Assembly (NCBI GenBank): GCA_905250065.1
Contig: CAJNON010000484.1
Coordinates: forward strand, 40,380 to 46,468
Length of the DNA stretch: 6,089 nt
Reading direction: 5' to 3'
From: Adineta steineri
Taxonomy: Eukaryota
The notes beneath the pieces are model-generated. The model was given only the letters and a program-made list of their open reading frames with translations, was not told the origin of the DNA and did no database searches. Each line of letters starts with the position of its first letter. The first letter of the stretch is position 1. The position numbers were made by a program, and so were the translations under genes. Positions 1-5,308 of the stretch are shown here, in pieces.

Positions 1-362
1 TCATCCCAGTTGTTGTGATGACGCTGCTGGAGTTTTGACACTTGCACAACCATCGAGGCGTTGAAGCGTTCCACAATACCGTTAGTCTGAGGGTGATAAG
101 GAGTGCTAAAGATATGGTGATATCCCACTAGATGTTGCATAACTCTCATCAGATTATTATTAAAATGAGTTCCCTGATCAGTGATAAGCGTGGAGCAAAC
201 GCCATATTTACAAAATATATGGCGGAAAAGGGAGACTGCAGTGAGCTCGGCAGTATTCATAGGCAAGGGAATAGCTGTAACGAAGCGAGTAAAAAGATCA
301 GTAACTACAAGAACATATCTATTCTCCCTGGGAGATGTGGCAAAAGGCCCACAAAAATCCAT
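1..362 (-). other. Integrase catalytic core (D,D35E); C-terminus outside the window
   Basis: D in IIGMDFCGPF (359-357), D in LITDQGTHF (179-177) and E in TNGIVERFN (71-69). The second D and the E are separated by exactly 35 residues, and the two D residues are 60 codons apart. Confidence 0.92.
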
Positions 363-3300
363 GCCAATAATAGAAAATGGAATAGCGGTCGGAGAAATGG
401 GATGTAAATGACCGGGTTTCTTCTGACGCATGTGGTTAAACTGTTGACAAGGAACACATGCTTTCACATGCTGTTGAATGGTTTGTTTCATCCGAGGCCA
501 CCAGTATCGCAGACGGATTTTAGACATCATTTTATCGGTAGAAAAATGACCACCTTGATACGGATCATCATGCATCGCTACGAGCAGGGATCGGATCATC
601 GAGGCTGGCAGATATGGTACAGCAGTTTTACGAGTTGAATGTGAAGTAAGTAAAATGAGTTTGTGGAGAAGGTTGTTTTTAATGATAAAGGAAGAAGACA
701 CGGTCGATGGAACAGAACGATCTTTTAATTGACTAATAATATGACAGATATCAGCATCTTGTGCTTGCGCATGATGCACATCACTTGCGTCGAAGGCGTT
801 AGGTGACGGTATCGTTGTCATGTCTGTGGTAAAGGATGCGGGATCTTCAGGGGTACCAAGAAGACCAACATCGAAGACATCTTGCTCTTCCACATCTAAA
901 GTGGGTGGAGGAACTGGGAGAGGTTTATTGCGAGGGCGCAGGGTCATGGTAGATATCATGTTCGGTGTAGGAGAAATAAAATAGGGTGAAACTGAGGGAA
1001 ACGGCGGGGAAAGTTTACTTTCAAGCCCATATGGAATGTCAAATAGAGGATCTTCAAAAGGCCGAGAAAGATAATCAGCAAGACAATTACTTTTACCGTC
1101 AATATGCTTCATTTCCGCAATTTGATACTCCTGAATCAGATTAGCTACACGTTCAATACGACGATTATGCACAGGTTTTTGTAACATCCCACATATGGGA
1201 CAATGATCCGTATGGATATAAACAGTTCGTCCCAAAACTAAAGTGCGCATGCGTTGTAAACAATGGAAGATAGCCAGCGCTTCCTTTTCAGGTATAGAAT
1301 ATTTTTGTTCGACAGGTGAAAGAATTTTAGAATGATAAAAAAGATTGTGTCGGCTACCGTCGACATCTTGGTACAAAACACCGCCTGTAGCAAACCCACT
1401 GGCATCGGTAGAGAGCTGAAGAGGAACACCGTCAACAGGAAAACGAAGAAAAAGAGGAGCACTTGTAAGCAAATGTTTAAGAGCGTGAAACGCGTTCGAG
1501 TGCTCATCAGTCCATTTAAAGAGATGACGTCTTTCTTTAGTGAGATTCGTTACCTTATGAATGGGAGTAGCTATATGGGCGAAGTTGGGGACAAATTTTC
1601 TGTAGTATGCAAGACCACCAAGAAATTTATTAGCTTGCTTCAGTGTACGAGGTTCTGTCAGATCCAAAATCGCCTGTATAGCATCATTGGTAGGTGCAAT
1701 AGATGTTGCCGAGACGGAGTGACCGAGTATAACAACTTTCTCAACAGCTAGTTCACATTTAGACGCATTCAGGACTAGTTTCTCTTTGGCCAGTGTGTCA
1801 AAGGCCAGACGTAAATGAATCATATGTTCATCAAATGTCCGGGAATAGATGATGATATCATCAAGAAAAACTTGAGAAAAATCACGACAGGGTTTCATAA
1901 CCTGGTACATAGTCTTCTGAAAGCCGGCAGGAGCGTTCTGGGGTCCCATGGAGAGAACTAAAAATTCGTAATGACCTTGTGAAACGACAAATGCTGTCTT
2001 TGCGCGATCAGAGGGCGGTATACGGAACTGGTGATACCCTGATTTGAGATCAAGTTTGCTAAAATACTTGTAACCTTTTCCCAGTTCTTGCAGTAAATCT
2101 TCCCCATGGGGGAGTGGGCTGGCATCCGGAATAGTTATTTTATTCAGAGCTCTGTAATCAACAACAAGTCGACCAGGACGATTATCTTTACGAGGAACGA
2201 TGAAGCCAGGAGCGGCGTACGGGGAATTCGATTCCTGGATGATACCCGCGTCGAGAAATTCCTCAATAAGACGCTGTGTTTCCAGACGATGATGTGGGTT
2301 CCTATGTGGGCGGAAAGCAGGAGGAGAGTGTGGAATAGTGTTGAAAACATTATTAATAAATGTGTTAGAGATATTATGACGTGCATTATCAAAAAGTTGA
2401 CAGTATTGGGTGAGAAGAGAGGAAAGAGTATCTAGTTTATCACTATCTAGAAGATGTTTGACTAATAGATCCATGGTTTGTTGTAAATGAAATGAAGGAG
2501 GGTGAGGAATAGAACTAAGAATAGCAGTGAATTTCATAGGAATCGGTACATAACGTCGCCGTTGAGGGTTAGGAAGTCGTTGAGGTAACTGAGGATAAGT
2601 AAAAACGCCCGACAAAACTTGCTGATTTTTCTTTTCGTTATAACGACGACAGAGAGCTGAAAGTTTCTCGAAGTAACTCTGTGATTCTGCCTGGTTACTA
2701 AGTAAATACCCGAAACAAAAATACTGTGGGATGTACTGATCAAAATCAGATGTGTTCGTAACTAGAAGAGAGGAAGAATGATCCTGGATGGTAATAGTTT
2801 TCTGAGAACATAATAAATAAGAGTTCTCGAGGAAAAGTGAAGTGGGAATAAAGTACGCAGATACTGACGAAAGCGGTGAAGAAACCCATACCTTTACAGT
2901 TGAATGTGGAGGAATAAGAGTAGTATAACGTGAATGAAGTGGCACAAGAGGACGACGAAGTTGATCGTCTACTTGAAGTACTGTGCGACGACCAGCAATT
3001 TCTACTGAAAAATGCTGAGATTTTACATCAATAGTGGCATGAAACGCTACCATGAAGTCCATACCGAGAATAAGATCGATGCAAAGCTTTTCCGTAACTA
3101 AAGCGTAAAAATTAACGGATTCATTTCCCAATTGCATTACAAGCTCTACTAAACCGATGACTTGAAGAGGAATGACGCCATCGGCGAGTACAAATGAACG
3201 TGATGTTTTGTCTACATAACTGAAGTTTGATAAGCGGTGAAGCGCATTCAAGCTAATACAAGTGGCAGAAGCACCGGTATCGACAAGAGTATGAAGTGCG

Positions 3301-3431
3301 ATATTATTAACGATTAATGTTGCATAAAGAAGAAAAGGTTTGGATGGTGTAAGATATGGGATATTGGAGACAGTACCATCCGTCACTGGCTCCAACTTTG
3401 AAAAGGACAATCGCGAGCGGAATGACCAGAA
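1..3431 (-). CDS. pol: Pol polyprotein (protease, reverse transcriptase, RNase H, integrase); 5' end reached by -1 frameshift from gag; 3' end beyond the window
   Basis: I translated the minus-strand frame whose codon first bases lie at coordinates congruent to 2 mod 3. It has no stop from 3431 to position 1 (~1,143 codons). It is missing from the supplied track, most likely because no stop lies inside the window. Motifs in order: LVDTGAS, ILGMDF, SNSPYAAPGFIVPRKD, VVDYRALN, KLDLKSGYHQ, VFLDDIIIYS, LSTDASGFATGGVLYQ, EKEALA, HTDH, ADYLSR, HX7HX29CX2C, GMDFCGPF, LITDQGTHF, HPQTNGIVERFN. Confidence 0.93.
447..572 (-). other. Integrase N-terminal HHCC zinc-binding domain
   Basis: H(572-570)DDPYQGGH(548-546) followed by 29 residues, then C(458-456)VPC(449-447). 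This gives HX7HX29CX2C, within the known HX3-7HX23-32CX2C range. Confidence 0.88.
1062..1424 (-). other. RNase H domain of Pol
   Basis: PLQLSTDASGFATGGVLYQ (D codon at 1406-1404), YSIPEKEALAI, TVYIHTDHCPI and NCLADYLSR (D codon at 1076-1074) give the D-E-D-D catalytic pattern of Ty3/gypsy RNase H. Confidence 0.87.
1713..2225 (-). other. Reverse transcriptase core domain of Pol
   Basis: SPYAAPGFIVPRKDNRPGRLVVDYRALNKIT ... FSKLDLKSGYHQFRI ... TAFVV..GHYEFLVLSMGPQNAPAGFQ ... VFLDDIIIYS (FLDD at 1868-1857) ... LVLNASKCEL ... VVILGHSVS. These are the conserved RT blocks of LTR retroelements. Confidence 0.92.
2997..3335 (-). other. Retroviral-type aspartic protease domain of Pol
   Basis: The active-site triad D-T-G (GAT ACC GGT at 3281-3273) sits within LHTLVDTGASATCI. 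The downstream LILGMDF motif is typical of retropepsins. Confidence 0.87.
3342..3407 (-). promoter_or_regulatory. Candidate programmed -1 ribosomal frameshift cassette (slippery heptamer, spacer, H-type pseudoknot) joining gag to pol
   Basis: pol is in the -1 frame relative to gag. The pol frame opens after TAA at 3434-3432 and gag stops at 3385-3383, so the shift must occur within 3383-3431. The only in-phase slippery candidate there is T CCT TTT (3407-3401, gag codons TGT CCT TTT). Downstream, stem 1 pairs 3395-3386 with 3373-3364 (10 positions, one C.U mismatch). Stem 2 pairs GGATGGT (3381-3375) with ACCATCC (3348-3342), 7 perfect bp, in pseudoknot topology. Confidence 0.5.
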
Positions 3432-4981
3432 TTAGAACATAACTGGCAAAGACTGAGTGAAGATTGTTGAGAAGACTGCTGTTGTTGATTTTCATGTGTA
3501 AAAACTGGAGAAGCAGACGACATAAGTGGTGGAATATTGTGCGATGCCGATGGTTGATGGTGTTGTGATGGCGGAGCAACAGGAGATTGATAAGCAAAGA
3601 GTTTTTGTCGTGGATAATTGCGAGGTTTATTATAACCGCCAGGATGTCGGTTACTAAAAGGTTGTGACAAAGATGGTCGTTGTTGCGGACCGACGGAAGT
3701 AGGTGAAGAATAACGAGGAGAAGCCATGGATGGGTTTGAATATCGATAGGTGTTGTTATTCGAATTAATATCGAGTGATGATGGTTGACGATACGTAGAT
3801 GAGTAAGTAGGAGTATCAAATGTTTCAGCAGCGGTTGCATAAGAAAATGATGTATTAGATTGAATATTTTGTTCAATAGCATCAAATACGAGATAAGTAT
3901 TTTCCAAATCCTTAGCCATTAATTCGAATTCTTCAGAATCTTTAGGTTTTTGTTTCAATAGATCAAGACGATAACTAGGATTCACTTTAGCTAATAACAA
4001 TTCTAATTTCATTGTAGGACTCATTTGTGGGTCGGCTTCTATGAATAATTTACGCATCTCACAACAAAAACTTCGAATATCTTGTTGTGGAGACTGAGTA
4101 TACGAATGAAGCTTTTGCATGGCAATACGAGCACGATTTGGAGAATCAAAGGTCTTTTTAAGGTGATCGACAAAGGTAATCCAGGAAGAATTAAATTTAG
4201 TTTTATTATCAAGAAACCAGTCGAGTGCTCCTTTATCCAACAACTGCGAGATCAAATCGAATTTCTTAGCATCCGGAATTCCAGCAGTTTCAAATTTGTT
4301 CTCTACATATTTTAACCATTTGATTATATCTTGACGATGATCACCTGTAAATTTTGCAGTATTTCGTTGTAAATCTTCGATTATAGTTTTTCGAATATCA
4401 TTTTGTGTTAAATCATCGAGAGACTGTGCAAATGAAAAGGTTGTTGCAGTCGGTGGATTATTTGTCGTGGTTGAAGTGATAACAGGAAGTTGAGTAGAAG
4501 TAAGGATTGATGGTGTAGAATTTAGAGTAAGTGTGGCTATAGACTCAAGAGACGACAACGTGCGCAGTGGAGCCAATACATTATACTTATGTAAAAACAA
4601 TTTACGAAGATCGTAGAAATTAAAAATAATGTCCTCATGCGCCTGGTAGTAGTCGAGCGCGTCATCAATTAATAAATGGCGAATGATGAAGGGGTGATCG
4701 GTTTCGGGATATATTTCTTTTGTAATAAAAGCCCCTGTTTCTTTTAACCATGTAAGCAATTCATCGGGATCTCCATTATAGGTTTTACAATTTTCCAGAA
4801 GTTTGGAGGTGTATTGTTTTTCCTCATCTCTCGTAATAAACGTAATTTGATATGGTTTTCTAGGTGTTGAAGCTTCACGTGTAGCCATGGAAGTATAGGT
4901 TAAGTTTGATGGTGGGGGTTCAAAATGAGACAGTGGCTGAAGTAGTTGTTTAGGAGGATGTTCGTCTTCGTCAGAAGACAT
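3383..4981 (-). CDS. gag: Gag polyprotein (capsid-like region plus CCHC nucleocapsid), 532 aa
   Basis: Complete ORF in the track, with ATG at 4981 and TGA at 3385-3383. Residues ~205-345 (3947-4369) follow the retrotransposon-gag pattern: F.GD....WL....F......K..L...L.G.AL.W....... W..F...L...F, ...A...L..L.Q......Y...F. The C-terminus carries CQLCSNSGHSARDC, a CX2CX4HX4C zinc knuckle. The ORF sits directly downstream of the PBS and upstream of pol. Confidence 0.92.
   Translation of the reverse strand: MSSDEDEHPPKQLLQPLSHFEPPPSNLTYTSMATREASTPRKPYQITFITRDEEKQYTSKLLENCKTYNGDPDELLTWLKETGAFITKEIYPETDHPFIIRHLLIDDALDYYQAHEDIIFNFYDLRKLFLHKYNVLAPLRTLSSLESIATLTLNSTPSILTSTQLPVITSTTTNNPPTATTFSFAQSLDDLTQNDIRKTIIEDLQRNTAKFTGDHRQDIIKWLKYVENKFETAGIPDAKKFDLISQLLDKGALDWFLDNKTKFNSSWITFVDHLKKTFDSPNRARIAMQKLHSYTQSPQQDIRSFCCEMRKLFIEADPQMSPTMKLELLLAKVNPSYRLDLLKQKPKDSEEFELMAKDLENTYLVFDAIEQNIQSNTSFSYATAAETFDTPTYSSTYRQPSSLDINSNNNTYRYSNPSMASPRYSSPTSVGPQQRPSLSQPFSNRHPGGYNKPRNYPRQKLFAYQSPVAPPSQHHQPSASHNIPPLMSSASPVFTHENQQQQSSQQSSLSLCQLCSNSGHSARDCPFQSWSQ
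3407..3448 (-). other. CCHC zinc knuckle (nucleocapsid motif) of Gag
   Basis: TGC CAG TTA TGT TCT AAT TCT GGT CAT TCC GCT CGC GAT TGT encodes C-Q-L-C-S-N-S-G-H-S-A-R-D-C, an exact CX2CX4HX4C spacing. Confidence 0.92.
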
Positions 4982-5000
4982 AGGGGGGCATTAAGAAATG

Positions 5001-5060
5001 ATAAAAGAACTCGTAGAAAGAAATTCCCGGGTCACGGCACCAAAATGTGAGTTCTTTTAT
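5001..5060 (-). repeat. Perfect 12-bp inverted repeat (U5 end / leader) enclosing the PBS in a 36-nt loop
   Basis: Plus 5001-5012 ATAAAAGAACTC is the exact reverse complement of plus 5049-5060 GAGTTCTTTTAT. All 12 pairs were checked by hand. The loop at 5013-5048 contains the PBS (5026-5042). Confidence 0.65.
5026..5042 (-). promoter_or_regulatory. Primer-binding site (PBS) for minus-strand DNA synthesis; tRNA-His-like
   Basis: The minus strand reads TGGTGCCGTGACCCGGG, three nt after the LTR ...CA. Its complement CCCGGGTCACGGCACCA has the layout of a tRNA 3' end: T-stem strand CCGGG, acceptor strand TCACGGC, discriminator A, then CCA. From memory, the acceptor strand GCCGUGA/UCACGGC plus ACCA is that of metazoan tRNA-His(GUG), and the HERV-H PBS is TGGTGCCGTGACTCGGAT. 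Confidence 0.8.
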
Positions 5061-5088
5061 ATAACGGGGGATAATGCCCTTGACTCTG

Positions 5089-5094
5089 TTTATT
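5089..5094 (-). promoter_or_regulatory. Candidate polyadenylation signal AATAAA in the LTR (R/U5 region)
   Basis: Minus-strand AATAAA lies 43 nt upstream of the LTR 3' end and is followed 12 nt later by a CA dinucleotide (GGGCA). The hexamer is common by chance in AT-rich DNA. Confidence 0.3.
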
Positions 5095-5164
5095 TTCAAT
5101 GAAAAGAAAAAGACGACGACTCAATAAAAGAACAAAAAAGGAACTGCCTCCTCAAAACAAGAAC

Positions 5165-5185
5165 ACGAACATATATATCGTTCGT
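5165..5185 (-). promoter_or_regulatory. Candidate LTR TATA element embedded in a 6-bp-arm palindrome
   Basis: The minus strand reads ACGAAC GATATATAT GTTCGT, with arms at 5185-5180 and 5170-5165 that are exact reverse complements. It lies ~80 nt upstream of the AATAAA at 5094-5089, which would fit a U3/R/U5 layout. No functional evidence. Confidence 0.25.
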
Positions 5186-5228
5186 ATCAAAGAACAGAAC
5201 AGGCAGAAGAAAAAGAAAAGAAACCACA

Positions 5229-5261
5229 TGAAAGAATGTTATTGCAGATAACATTCTTTCA
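5229..5261. repeat. Perfect 14-bp inverted repeat / hairpin with a 5-nt loop inside the LTR
   Basis: Plus TGAAAGAATGTTAT (5229-5242), loop TGCAG (5243-5247), ATAACATTCTTTCA (5248-5261). All 14 pairs were verified base by base. Confidence 0.8.
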
Positions 5262-5270
5262 AATGGAACT

Positions 5271-5308
5271 AAAAAGAAAAAGAAAAAGAAAAGAAGAAGA
5301 AAAAGAAG
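5271..5308. repeat. 38-nt homopurine (plus) / homopyrimidine (element sense strand) tract, (A4-5G)n-like microsatellite
   Basis: aaaaagaaaaagaaaaagaaaagaagaagaaaaagaag contains only A and G. A second 19-nt pure A/G run lies at 5205-5223, on the other side of the hairpin, and a 13-nt run lies at 5101-5113. Confidence 0.85.

Noticed and set aside
132-638. Three plus-strand ORFs of 76-91 aa (132-407, 181-411, 408-638).
   Set aside because: They are antisense to the integrase-coding part of pol. The minus frame carries unmistakable HHCC and DDE motifs, and these short ORFs have no recognisable motifs.
1332-1751. A plus-strand 139-aa ORF, together with those at 2106-2435 (109 aa) and 4082-4315 (77 aa).
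   Set aside because: They are antisense to RT/RNase H and gag coding sequence and have arbitrary basic or low-complexity composition. They are best explained as chance open frames opposite a long real ORF.
1238-2743. Minus-strand short ORFs at 1238-1507, 2144-2392 and 2534-2743.
   Set aside because: They lie in the wrong frames within pol and translate to hydrophobic L/F/I-rich strings typical of off-frame translation. The true pol frame runs uninterrupted through all three.
1-3431. The reverse transcriptase might belong to a prokaryotic system (retron, DGR, group II intron, Abi/DRT defence RT), given the task framing.
   Set aside because: The RT is fused in one frame to a DTG aspartic protease, an RNase H and an HHCC plus D,D35E integrase. 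It is preceded by a CCHC gag, a tRNA PBS and an LTR end. That is the full architecture of a eukaryotic Ty3/gypsy retrotransposon, and no retron ncRNA, DGR template/variable repeats or intron RNA domains are evident.
3307-3885. A 192-aa minus-strand ORF overlapping the 3' third of gag in the +1 frame.
   Set aside because: Its translation is an H/L/I/N-rich low-complexity string with no motifs. It spans the compositionally biased Q/S/P region of gag and ends 76 nt past the gag stop. pol continues in the other (-1) frame.
5060-5070. TTATATAAAAG (minus strand) as the LTR TATA box.
   Set aside because: It lies only ~15-25 nt from the LTR 3' end, so initiation would fall in or past the PBS, leaving no R/U5. 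Part of it forms the U5 arm of the PBS stem instead.
5271-5308. The purine tract might be the element's polypurine tract (PPT).
   Set aside because: It is purine-rich on the plus strand, which is the antisense strand of this element, and it lies inside or upstream of the 5' LTR. The real PPT must be purine-rich on the sense strand immediately upstream of the 3' LTR, which is outside the window.
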